NCBI GenBank assembly: GCA_040384845.1 | Contig: JAZKIL010000014.1 | Span: forward strand, 40,227 to 104,226 | Length of the DNA: 64,000 nt | Direction of reading: 5' to 3' | Source of the DNA: Verrucomicrobiota bacterium | GTDB taxonomy: Bacteria > Verrucomicrobiota > Verrucomicrobiia > Verrucomicrobiales > Akkermansiaceae | In this document: positions 16,813-25,668 of the stretch, piece after piece | How positions within the stretch are numbered: position 1 is the first letter of the stretch | Layout of the letters: each line of letters starts with the position of its first letter | Notes under the pieces: generated by a model | Databases searched by the model: none | Told to the model about the DNA's origin: nothing | What the model saw: the letters and a program-made list of their open reading frames with translations, nothing else | Position numbers and translations under genes: made by a program

Positions 16813-18357
16813 ATGAAACTTTTGCACTGCTTGTTCATACAGGGAATTGGAATTTCCATGGGCGTTGCGGAGATTGACGTAAAGCCTGCGCAAGAACCGA
16901 CACATAAACCGGTGATCATAACAGTGTGCGAAAAGGCTTTGGCGGAAAAGCCATTGAAGACAAGTCCGGCAAATCAAATGCTCGCTCAAGTCGCCGGCGA
17001 TGAACTCGAAGCGTATTCGGCGATGAATAAGGAAGAGGAATGGGTATCAAAATTACCTCTGAAACATCCTTTTCTAGCAACCGCACACCTTGCCTTCGCT
17101 GGCCACCGACCCATGGCAATCAGCCCGGATATGATTTGGTTGCTGCTCAGCCAACAAGTCGCGGAAGAGGTGCGGAAGAGTCCGGAAAAATACCGTGAAC
17201 ACTTTGCAGCACATGAATTCGGAAAACGAACCCTCGGCGTGAGTCGGGATAATTTCGAACTCGGCAAGCCCGGGAATGATTGGCCAGGTGTATTTGCGGA
17301 ACTTGAATCACAAATTTTAAAAGATGTCCCCGACTCCCCAGCCGCAAGTTTTTCTCACGCATTTAGCACCAGTACATCGACCGAAATCGCGGCACGGCAG
17401 GTCGTCTTACTTGCTGCCGCATCACCATTTTTTGAATACCACGTCTCAACCTTATGTGGAATTCCGCGGATCGAGTTGGAAGGCACACCCGATGACTGGC
17501 GATGGATACGGCAAAAAGTCACAATCCTGCAAACGTTCAACATGGATCGCAAAACAAAGGCGTTGATTCCGGTGCTCGACGAGTTCATCGCTGCCTCCGA
17601 AGGCAAAGCGAATCCAGCCTTTTGGAAAAGTTTCTACAAATTCAGTTCCCAAAGCGGTGGCTCGTATGTGAGCGGATGGATCAATCTATTTTTTGTTTCA
17701 GAATCCGACAAGTTGCTCGATGTCGTTCTTGAGCCAACTTTCACATGGACTGCGGCTCCCATTGTAAAAACCGATCTTGGAGCATCCAATTTGCCTGTGG
17801 CTTTAAACTCCAAATCCTATAAATTACTAGGTGCGCTCGATACCGATTTTGTTTGGAATTATTTTGGCAAAGCCAAACCCATGCGAATACGCGCGGGTTT
17901 CATCGGCGTCGCGCAGGATAAAAAATCACTGACTCTGAAACCAAGAATCGCATGGCAAGTGCTGCATATGAAAATTTCACGTGAGGAGATGGAAGCGGTG
18001 GATTACCTGAGCCAACTGCAGATGGTAATTGATCGTTCAGAATTTCGATACTGGGGTAGACTTGCCTTCGACGAAAAAAGCCAAATGATCAAATTAGGAG
18101 AGGAATTTCGAGAAGGAGAGTTAGGCAGTCAATTTTGGCATAAAGCCTTTCCGCTAATGATCCAACTCAAGGCGATTGATGTATCCAAGTTGATATCCGA
18201 AATCGAAGATCCCAAAGAAATCAGGGCAATCTGCGAGGCGATGCTATCCGCAAAGTCTGTCACCCAAGTGAACGTTCCAGCCGACCTCGACAAGGCGTGT
18301 TTGAGTATCCTGCAAAGCAGAAAGGATTGGAAAATCGAAACTGCGAAAGCTGAGTAG
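16813..18357 (+). CDS. DUF4419 family secreted protein with C-terminal extension
   Basis: HPFLATAHLAFAGHRPMAISPDMIWL, FSTST, CGIPRIELEGTPDDW, YVSGWINLFF. Start at MKLLHCLF (16813); the ORF-track extension overlaps ilvD antisense. Confidence 0.82.
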   Translation: MKLLHCLFIQGIGISMGVAEIDVKPAQEPTHKPVIITVCEKALAEKPLKTSPANQMLAQVAGDELEAYSAMNKEEEWVSKLPLKHPFLATAHLAFAGHRPMAISPDMIWLLLSQQVAEEVRKSPEKYREHFAAHEFGKRTLGVSRDNFELGKPGNDWPGVFAELESQILKDVPDSPAASFSHAFSTSTSTEIAARQVVLLAAASPFFEYHVSTLCGIPRIELEGTPDDWRWIRQKVTILQTFNMDRKTKALIPVLDEFIAASEGKANPAFWKSFYKFSSQSGGSYVSGWINLFFVSESDKLLDVVLEPTFTWTAAPIVKTDLGASNLPVALNSKSYKLLGALDTDFVWNYFGKAKPMRIRAGFIGVAQDKKSLTLKPRIAWQVLHMKISREEMEAVDYLSQLQMVIDRSEFRYWGRLAFDEKSQMIKLGEEFREGELGSQFWHKAFPLMIQLKAIDVSKLISEIEDPKEIRAICEAMLSAKSVTQVNVPADLDKACLSILQSRKDWKIETAKAE

Positions 18358-18371
18358 GTGAGTTTAGGAGC

Positions 18372-18386
18372 CGTAAAATCCTATGG
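18372..18386 (+). promoter_or_regulatory. Conserved 15-bp motif CGTAAAATCCTATGG, copy 2
   Basis: See copy 1 at 16764-16778. Confidence 0.55.
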
Positions 18387-18420
18387 TCTAATTCAAATTT
18401 TTGCGGTAAATTTCACCGTC

Positions 18421-19080
18421 ATGAAAACACTGTGTAGCGTTATTATCTTCGGGTTTGCGGTGATTTCAGCGACCGCGAATGATGTTGAGACGCGCCGCGC
18501 GGAAGAGACAGGCAAGCGTTACGCTCAATATGAAACTCTTGCTGGGCGGGTTTATAAAGACGTTCTGGTCACCAAAATCGACGATGCAGGGATTTATATC
18601 AACCATGCCGATGGCGCAGCGCGGCTGAGATTTGAACACCTGAGCCCTGAACAGAGACAACATTTCGGGATCACAAAGGAGGGCGCTACTGAGATCTATG
18701 AACAAGAATTGAAGGCGCAAGCAGCTTACGAAGCGAAAGTTGCGGAGCAGCAAAAAGCCAAACGGGAGCTTCTAGCCAAAGAAACGGCAGCGCGAATCGA
18801 GGCAGAACGTTTGGCGGCAGCAAAGGCTCCGCAGGTGGTAATCGCTCCTAAAATCGTTTCCACCTTGGAAATCCCAACTTTGCCCATAGTCAATGGAACT
18901 GGAGCCGGTGTTCTTTACGGCACGCGGCGTTACAACCCGTCCCGAAGCGCGTATTATTACGGCAGCGGATATGCTTCCCCCGGCAACTACGGTTACTATC
19001 CCGGCCCTTACCATCATTACTCTCCCAAGCATTGTCCCCCCACCCAACATGGCAGCATTTTCCATTTCACGATTAAGTGA
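18421..19080 (+). CDS. Hypothetical secreted protein (globular N-domain, coiled coil, Tyr/Pro-rich tail)
   Basis: Signal peptide MKTLCSVIIFGFAVISATA; start placed at 18421. Confidence 0.78.
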   Translation: MKTLCSVIIFGFAVISATANDVETRRAEETGKRYAQYETLAGRVYKDVLVTKIDDAGIYINHADGAARLRFEHLSPEQRQHFGITKEGATEIYEQELKAQAAYEAKVAEQQKAKRELLAKETAARIEAERLAAAKAPQVVIAPKIVSTLEIPTLPIVNGTGAGVLYGTRRYNPSRSAYYYGSGYASPGNYGYYPGPYHHYSPKHCPPTQHGSIFHFTIK

Positions 19081-19211
19081 ATCCAGCAGCTCTGGCTCCC
19101 CCGTGGCAAAAGTGCGTCCGAAATGAAGAAATCACTTTACAAATTCACCTTATTTTCTACTTTCCGCGCCCCGCCGCCTAGTTGGCTGCGCAATTTTAAC
19201 CAATTTCTGTC

Positions 19212-19376
19212 ATGAGAGTACTTTCTTCACTAGCTTCCGCTAAGCGCCGTCACGCTGATTGCCAAGTCGTCAGCCGCAAAGGCACGAACTACGTGATCTG
19301 CAAAACCAATCCGAAGTTCAAAGCCCGCCAAGGCGCGACCAAAGGAACCCGCATGTCCAAAAAAGGCGTGAAATAA
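19212..19376 (+). CDS. rpmJ: 50S ribosomal protein L36, type B (zinc-ribbon-less, YkgO-like), 54 aa
   Basis: Below the ORF-track cutoff. Translates as [54 protein letters not shown], with the [11 protein letters not shown] signature. Confidence 0.93.
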   Translation: MRVLSSLASAKRRHADCQVVSRKGTNYVICKTNPKFKARQGATKGTRMSKKGVK

Positions 19377-19410
19377 TTTCCCGAGCCGTTGTTTTCATAG
19401 TTTAGGTTCC

Positions 19411-19444
19411 AAAAAGGGGCGATCTTGCGAGATCGCCCCTTTTT
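19411..19444. terminator. Bidirectional intrinsic terminator
   Basis: AAAAAGGGGCGATCT-TGCG-AGATCGCCCCTTTTT between convergent genes. Confidence 0.85.
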
Positions 19445-19476
19445 ATTTAGGAAATTCCTAATGCTAATTTCACCAT

Positions 19477-20541
19477 TCACTTTTTACCATTCGCTTTTCC
19501 TTGTAGGAGTGCATCGACGGTGAGTTCGACGAAGGTGCCCGGAACTCCTGAGTATTCCAGTTTGCCGTTGGCATCGATAACGAAGACGGCGGGTCGGCTG
19601 CGGATCTTGTAGAGGGTGGAGATTTCATCTTTGGAATCGATGATGTTGTTCCATTTGATCGAGTCTTTGGCTTGGAGTTCCCGGACGCTGGCGAGGGGTT
19701 CGGGGGTGATGCCGATGACTGAAAGGGGTTTTCCAGCGTATTTATCGACCAACCGATTGGTAAGTTCGATCACTTTCTGAATCTCGGGTGATTGAGAATC
19801 CCAGAACAATAAGACGGTGATTTTGCCTTTGAACTCGCTGCTCTTGTTGATCCGGCCAGCTACGTCCGTGCCTGAAAATTCGGGTGGGGTGCGGCCTTTG
19901 ATGAGATAGCGAATGATGAACAGCTCATCGGAGGCGAGTGTTCCGACGCTCTGGTCGCCGATTTTTTCATCGACGGCTTGGATGATGGCCATGCGCAAAT
20001 GAGTGATACGCTTTTCGAGAATTTCCGGACTATCGCCCAAGTTTTTCAGCAAGAGCGCGGCGCCGAGAGCTGCGATGCCTTGGGTTTTCTTATCGGGGTT
20101 TTTGCTGATAATTTTTTCTAACAACGGCAATGCACGTGGAGAACCGCTTTGGGTGAGTGCGATGCAAAACGCACCGATGTTGGGTTTCCCAAAATGGTGC
20201 TCCTCAAAACTATCCAGGATTTCTTTCCGATGCTTGGAAGTCTCCGGATGATTTGCCGCCACGTGATGGGTGAGATGGAGATAAAACGCGGCATAAGGAA
20301 TGGTCCAATCCTGATGAAGAGAGCGGGCAATGTTTTTCCAGATCTCTGTGGCTGTGGCTTCGGGAGACGGGCGCTTTTCCATGAGTGCCTGTTTTTCCGC
20401 AGCTGTCTTTGCGATCTTGAGTTTCAGCAAAAAACTTTCTTGAGAAAGCTCGTAGGTGCGTTTGTTGCGCTCCGCCTCAGTTGGAGATGCCACGACGTGC
20501 GTGACCATGAGGATGGAGATGAAAATGAAGAATCGTTGCAT
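19477..20541 (-). CDS. Secreted protein with C-terminal TlpA/AhpC-TSA thioredoxin-like domain
   Basis: G..PPEFSGTDVAG...SEFKGKITVLLFW, YKIRSRPAVFVIDANGKLEY. No CxxC. Confidence 0.78.
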   Translation of the reverse strand: MQRFFIFISILMVTHVVASPTEAERNKRTYELSQESFLLKLKIAKTAAEKQALMEKRPSPEATATEIWKNIARSLHQDWTIPYAAFYLHLTHHVAANHPETSKHRKEILDSFEEHHFGKPNIGAFCIALTQSGSPRALPLLEKIISKNPDKKTQGIAALGAALLLKNLGDSPEILEKRITHLRMAIIQAVDEKIGDQSVGTLASDELFIIRYLIKGRTPPEFSGTDVAGRINKSSEFKGKITVLLFWDSQSPEIQKVIELTNRLVDKYAGKPLSVIGITPEPLASVRELQAKDSIKWNNIIDSKDEISTLYKIRSRPAVFVIDANGKLEYSGVPGTFVELTVDALLQGKANGKK

Positions 20542-20580
20542 GGAGGTGTTAGAAAATATTTGGGGGGAGCGAGGCTTTGC

Positions 20581-20988
20581 TCACTTCCAGGTCCAGTTGA
20601 AGATGGTTTCGATATCCGGATGAAGCGAATGATGCGCAGGGCAACCGCGGCCCGCACTCTCTAATAACGCGCGTTCTGGGTGATCGGCGGCGAGCGGCAT
20701 GTCAATATCGACTTCGAGTTTCGCGATACGGCGCGGGGTGTCGGTGGACATGTGCTTGCGGACTTCGACTTTCAAGCCATCCAGGGAAATTTGTTTCCGC
20801 TCGGCGACAATGCCCATGACGGTTGCCATGCAAGCTCCGAGACCGGTGGCGAGAAGATCGGTGGGAGAAAAGGATTCGCCTTTACCGTTGTTATCGACTG
20901 GAGCATCGGTGCTCAGCGTGTTGCCAGAGGAAAGATGAGTTGCGGAGCAGCGGAGTCCGCCTTGATAGGTGAGTTGGATGGTGACCAT
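20581..20988 (-). CDS. OsmC family protein
   Basis: TDAPVDNNGKGESFSPTDLLATGLGACMAT...GCPAHHSLHP. Confidence 0.93.
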   Translation of the reverse strand: MVTIQLTYQGGLRCSATHLSSGNTLSTDAPVDNNGKGESFSPTDLLATGLGACMATVMGIVAERKQISLDGLKVEVRKHMSTDTPRRIAKLEVDIDMPLAADHPERALLESAGRGCPAHHSLHPDIETIFNWTWK

Positions 20989-20997
20989 GGGGTAAGA

Positions 20998-23559
20998 TTA
21001 TTCGTTGAGGGTTGTGGAGTCTGTCGTTGGATCGATTTTTGCGAGAACGACCCGGAAACCGTAATAGCCGGTGCGTACGCTTGGCGGCACAGGATTGCGC
21101 CAACCTAATAGAAGATTTTCTTCGCGATAGGTATTCCAGCCACCGCCACGAAGCACGCCGAGGGAATTTTCCTCATCAAGGGAAATGTCGTCCTCAACCC
21201 ATTCGTGAACATTTCCGCTCAAATCGTAAAGGCCGAATCTATTAGCGTAAAATTTACCCACAGGAGCGGTTCTGGCAAAACCATCCGAGTAACCTTGAAT
21301 GATGCGTGTTGAGGAAGTCTCGCTATCTACGGCTGTGGTATCCGCATAATTTCCATATGAATCCGGCGGCGGCCAATAAGCTCCCCATGCATAGAAAATG
21401 GATTTGTTCGCATCGCGTTGGCTGGGGCCATCGCCCATTTCTTTTTTCAAGCTAGCGATTCGGCTCCATTCAAGATCGGTTGGCAAACGGTAATGGTGCG
21501 TTTGTCCGATGAGCTCTTCTTCCCGTTCTTTTTCTGTTAGCCAATTACAAAAAGCTTTGGCGTCATCGCGTGATACATAGACAACGGGATGATGTTTGCT
21601 GTGGTGAAAATCCGGTTCGCGCGGGGTTTCATATTTGGCGCTTTTCGTGAACTCCTCGTAGTCGATGACCCGGGTTTCGTAAACGGAGGCCATGAGATCC
21701 GGCCCGACTGGCTCGAAGCGCATATCGATTCCGTTGTGCCATGTTTTTCCAAAAACGACTCCTTGGCTCGGCTGCAGCATGGCAGTGAGCGAGAGGTTTT
21801 CACCTTCCTTCACCTTCGCGTTGAGCGTGAGCGGCTTGTATCCTTCCAAAATAATGAGCAGATCGACAGGCCCCGGTTTTACTTTGGGAATAAGCAGCAT
21901 TTCAGCGGTCGAGCCGAAATGGATACCGTTCATATAAACCTCCGCACCGGGTGGCTCGCTCACGAGTTGCACCTCACCGTATTTATATTCCCCGACGACC
22001 AATCGAAACGGCCTGAGATTTTCGCGCTTGGCGCGGTCGCTTAAATTTGGATGCGTGAAACTCTGATCCACCTCGGCGGTGATTTCATTGTCTTGGCTGA
22101 AAAATCCTTGTTGAACGCCGTTCACCCGCACCCAGTCGATGAATGCGATGATGTCAGGTTGTTGCGCGAGAACGATGTGTGTAGTCTCGCCATTCTCCGT
22201 CATCTGCAGGAATTCGACGGAACTTTTCGGGCGTTTGGAAAATTTAAGGAAGTCGTTCCAAATCTCTTTAGGGATGTAGCGGGAAGTGACGTGTTTATCT
22301 TCGACTGGCAGGTAAGTCAGGCCATTGTGATCCTGCCATTTTTCTTCAACTCGTGGTGGGGAAAAATTTTGTAATTCGCGGTAAATCAGCACCGGATCTG
22401 AATCCGTGCCCGGCATAACCGTTTCCGAAACCACCACGTTTTTATAACCATTTTTCCGAATGACATAATCCAATTGGCTGCCGACAGTTGCACGTAAGGT
22501 TCCGATAGATGTCGGGGTGCTTCCGATTAATTCACCGTCTGGACTGTAAACTTCTGCTCCTTCCGGCGTGGTGACGATGCGGATCTGTCTCTCTGCGATC
22601 CTCGGCTTCAGGGGCTCGATTTGATTCCATGGCAACCAATCGCTGTCTTTAAATGCGCTCCATGTTGTCCAACCCGCGAAGCCAAAAAGAATGGCTGTGG
22701 TTGCCCAAATCGAAAGCCCGGGACGACGTCTGCGTGTGCCGCGCTGAAGGCATTGAAGCACTTCCGCGAGTTCACCAGCAGTGGAAATTTTGCGTTTGCT
22801 GATTCGCGGATCGCAAACGTCACAGATGATTTTATTCAGCTCGAGCCAACGTTTGCGCTCGAGACCCGTGGGCAACTCATCGGGAAGTTCAGGAAAATCC
22901 AAGCGGTCTTTTCCTGTGGCGATTTCGTAAAGAACTTTGCCGAGAGAATAAATATCTGCCTGCGCGGAACCGGGACCTTCGGGAGGGACAAAACCCTCGG
23001 TGCCGACAAAAGTTCTTTGATCACGCGCAGCAACCAAACCGATATCCGCGAGCTTGGCCTTGCCGTTTACGAAAATGACATTCGAGGGTTTAACATCGCG
23101 GTGCGCCAATCCGTTTTGATGAAGATGATTCAACGCTTCTGCGAGACGCAAACCGACAGCGATGCAAACCGAGGTATCCCAACGAACGCTTTTTTTCCCA
23201 TCGGCGCGCAAGGTGAGTGCTTCGTATTCGATGGGGTTGATGTCTTGGCCAGCGTTGACGTCATCGCCCAGTTCCATGACGTAGTAATAAAATGCACCGC
23301 AATCCGGACTGCGGCCAACGTGGAGGATATTGACAAGAGCTGGGTGATCGCGAGAGATCGGCTCGTATTTCAGGATGCCTTCGAACTCGCGCTCGAACGT
23401 TCTTTCATCATCGAAATCCTCGCGCCAGACGACTTTCACCGCGCGCAGCGCACCAGTGACACCCCGCGCCATCCAAACTTCCCCGTAAGCGCCACCACCA
23501 ATTTTTCGCAGGACGTCGTGATCGGGTATGCTCGGGTGGCTGCGTTTCGGTGCTGGCAT
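20998..23559 (-). CDS. Ser/Thr protein kinase with TM helix, PEGA repeats and C-terminal FGE-sulfatase (SUMF1-like) domain
   Basis: GGGAYGEVW, AVK, HRDVKPSN, DIG, GTEGFVPPE; TTPEGAEVY and SEPPGAEVY PEGA motifs; YRLPTDLEWS, ANRFGLYDLSGNVHEW, RGGGW, GFRVV. Confidence 0.92.
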   Translation of the reverse strand: MPAPKRSHPSIPDHDVLRKIGGGAYGEVWMARGVTGALRAVKVVWREDFDDERTFEREFEGILKYEPISRDHPALVNILHVGRSPDCGAFYYYVMELGDDVNAGQDINPIEYEALTLRADGKKSVRWDTSVCIAVGLRLAEALNHLHQNGLAHRDVKPSNVIFVNGKAKLADIGLVAARDQRTFVGTEGFVPPEGPGSAQADIYSLGKVLYEIATGKDRLDFPELPDELPTGLERKRWLELNKIICDVCDPRISKRKISTAGELAEVLQCLQRGTRRRRPGLSIWATTAILFGFAGWTTWSAFKDSDWLPWNQIEPLKPRIAERQIRIVTTPEGAEVYSPDGELIGSTPTSIGTLRATVGSQLDYVIRKNGYKNVVVSETVMPGTDSDPVLIYRELQNFSPPRVEEKWQDHNGLTYLPVEDKHVTSRYIPKEIWNDFLKFSKRPKSSVEFLQMTENGETTHIVLAQQPDIIAFIDWVRVNGVQQGFFSQDNEITAEVDQSFTHPNLSDRAKRENLRPFRLVVGEYKYGEVQLVSEPPGAEVYMNGIHFGSTAEMLLIPKVKPGPVDLLIILEGYKPLTLNAKVKEGENLSLTAMLQPSQGVVFGKTWHNGIDMRFEPVGPDLMASVYETRVIDYEEFTKSAKYETPREPDFHHSKHHPVVYVSRDDAKAFCNWLTEKEREEELIGQTHHYRLPTDLEWSRIASLKKEMGDGPSQRDANKSIFYAWGAYWPPPDSYGNYADTTAVDSETSSTRIIQGYSDGFARTAPVGKFYANRFGLYDLSGNVHEWVEDDISLDEENSLGVLRGGGWNTYREENLLLGWRNPVPPSVRTGYYGFRVVLAKIDPTTDSTTLNE

Positions 23560-23562
23560 GGT

Positions 23563-24246
23563 TCACTCTGTCTCTTCTTCGAGTTTCGCCAGCTCTTTCT
23601 TGAGCACGGCTCCCACCCGGTGTTTCGCTAAATAAACCTGCGCCATGCTGACATTCAGTTTTTCCTGAACCTTGTCCGCATCCCATTGGCGAATTACGTA
23701 ATAGTCGAAAATTTGATACTGTTTCGGAGACACTTGCGCCTTCACACGAGATAGAGCGGCATCGGCGATTCCTTTTTTCCATTCCACATCCCACAGACGT
23801 TCTAACACATCTCCATTCGGATCTTCCACGCGATCGATCACCGCCGTTTTGCGATCGTCTGCCCACTCGCCTTCGATCATCGCGGTGTCTTTTTTGCGTT
23901 TGCGGAATTGGTCGTTGATCCGCCAACGCGTCATATTCATCAACCACGTTTTGAATGAGCCTTGCTCGGGATCGTAGAGTTTTTTCTTACTCTGCTTGGC
24001 GATGGAAAGAATGGTTTCCTGGACGCAGTCAAAAGCCTCCTCGGAGCGCAGACCGGCTTTAATGGCGACGGCATAAATCAGCCTCCAGTAGGTTTGATAA
24101 AACTCATCCCAGGTGCGTTGGTCTTCCCAATTATCAAGCCTAGCGATCAGGCTTTTGCGGGTTTTCGCATAGGCTTGTTGAATGATTGGGTCCTCTTGTG
24201 AGGCTTCTTTGTCGATTTCCTCGGACATTGCGGTGATATCTAGCAT
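23563..24246 (-). CDS. ECF-type RNA polymerase sigma factor
   Basis: TRKSLIARL..W..FYQTYWRLIY, VQET, GSFKTWL..MTRWRIND, VYLAKHRV; 3 nt upstream of the kinase gene. Confidence 0.9.
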   Translation of the reverse strand: MLDITAMSEEIDKEASQEDPIIQQAYAKTRKSLIARLDNWEDQRTWDEFYQTYWRLIYAVAIKAGLRSEEAFDCVQETILSIAKQSKKKLYDPEQGSFKTWLMNMTRWRINDQFRKRKKDTAMIEGEWADDRKTAVIDRVEDPNGDVLERLWDVEWKKGIADAALSRVKAQVSPKQYQIFDYYVIRQWDADKVQEKLNVSMAQVYLAKHRVGAVLKKELAKLEEETE

Positions 24247-24283
24247 CTCTTACTGGGCTTGTCTTTCCTCAAAAATCCTAATT

Positions 24284-25624
24284 TCAGGCAGGTGTTGGCT
24301 CTGATACGGACTCGGTTTCAGATTCCCGGATCTTTTTGTCCCAGAAATACCTGCGGAAAATGACTTTCACCGCCGCTGAGAGAGGAACCGCAAGCAAAGC
24401 ACCCACGAAACCACCCAACACCACGGACCAGAACAGCATCGAGAAAATAACCGTGAGCGGGTGTAGGCCGACGGAATCCCCGACAATTTTCGGAGCGGTG
24501 ACCAGCGAGTTGATTTGTTGCACGCCGGCGAAAATCAGGATCACGCAACCGACATACGGCCAAGGCTCAAGATCAAAGGGAATTTTAATGCTATCGGACG
24601 CGGACTGGGCATGCAGGTAGGCGATAATGCAGGCTGGGATCAGGCAGAGAATATTGCCGATGTAAGGGATGATCCCAAGGATCGCCATGAACACACCGAT
24701 CAAAAGCGCATACGGCAAGTCGAAGAAAAACAAGGCGATCCCCACGAGGATGCCATCGATGATACCAACGAGCACTTGGCCGCGGAAGAATGAAACCAAG
24801 TAGCCATTGATTTCTTGGAGAGTAGTGACCAATTCCGTTTTAAACCGTGAATCACGCAGCGGCATGTAATCATGCCAGTGCTCGCGAATGGAAACCGAGT
24901 CTTTCAAAAAGAAGAACAAGTAAACCGGCACCATGATCATACCCAGAACCAAGCCGAGAAACCCGATGATTTTCGAGGATCCCACCGAGAGCCAGCGGGT
25001 GCCCATTTGAATAAGCTCGTCTTTGTAAGTGTAGAGGGTTTTGCCCGCGCGGGTTTGCCAGAAAAAGTCCAGGGACTCAGGACTTTGGGCTTCGGTATCA
25101 ATGGGAATCGCTTCGCCGTCAGGTTTAATTTCCGTCAGCCCCCATCCAATGGGGTCATTGTGATGTTCATTGCGAAGCCTGTGCAATGAGCGCGCGAGTG
25201 CGGGCACAAGATTGGGTTCCGGCTCTGGGATTTCAACTTCTTCACCGTCCACTATCTCAACCGTCTCCACGGATTCTATCGGGGCCGGCATAGTGATAAT
25301 TTGTCGGAAAAATTTTCTTCCGCCCTGAATCGCAGGGAGAACCGCAGCCACCAACAAAGTGACAACGCAAAGAATGGCGATAAACACGCCGATCACCGAC
25401 CACAAGCGACTAAGCCCGCGTTTTTCAAGCAGCCGGACGACGGGATCTAACAAATAAGCAACGATGCCGGCGACGATGAGCGGAACGAGCACTGGCTGGA
25501 GAAATCCGAAAATTTGACCGACCAGCCAGACTAGGCCTACGAGGAGGGAGCCGAGCACAAGCATTGCTGTGCCGGTGGCCGCGCTCCAAATGGTTCTCTG
25601 TTGAAATCGGGTAGGATATTTCAT
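24284..25624 (-). CDS. AI-2E (PerM) family transporter
   Basis: AYLLDPVV, FFRGQVLV, IPYIG, PKIVGDSVGLHP, GALLAVPL. Confidence 0.92.
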   Translation of the reverse strand: MKYPTRFQQRTIWSAATGTAMLVLGSLLVGLVWLVGQIFGFLQPVLVPLIVAGIVAYLLDPVVRLLEKRGLSRLWSVIGVFIAILCVVTLLVAAVLPAIQGGRKFFRQIITMPAPIESVETVEIVDGEEVEIPEPEPNLVPALARSLHRLRNEHHNDPIGWGLTEIKPDGEAIPIDTEAQSPESLDFFWQTRAGKTLYTYKDELIQMGTRWLSVGSSKIIGFLGLVLGMIMVPVYLFFFLKDSVSIREHWHDYMPLRDSRFKTELVTTLQEINGYLVSFFRGQVLVGIIDGILVGIALFFFDLPYALLIGVFMAILGIIPYIGNILCLIPACIIAYLHAQSASDSIKIPFDLEPWPYVGCVILIFAGVQQINSLVTAPKIVGDSVGLHPLTVIFSMLFWSVVLGGFVGALLAVPLSAAVKVIFRRYFWDKKIRESETESVSEPTPA

Positions 25625-25668
25625 CGCACCGATTTCCTACAGATTCCCCGCGAGATTCACAACCTTTC

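Noticed and set aside
22621-23631. Long antisense ORFs (also 52492-53460, 14935-15615, 15823-16431, 29909-30550)
   Set aside because: Shadow frames opposite well-supported genes, with no motifs; expected from codon bias.
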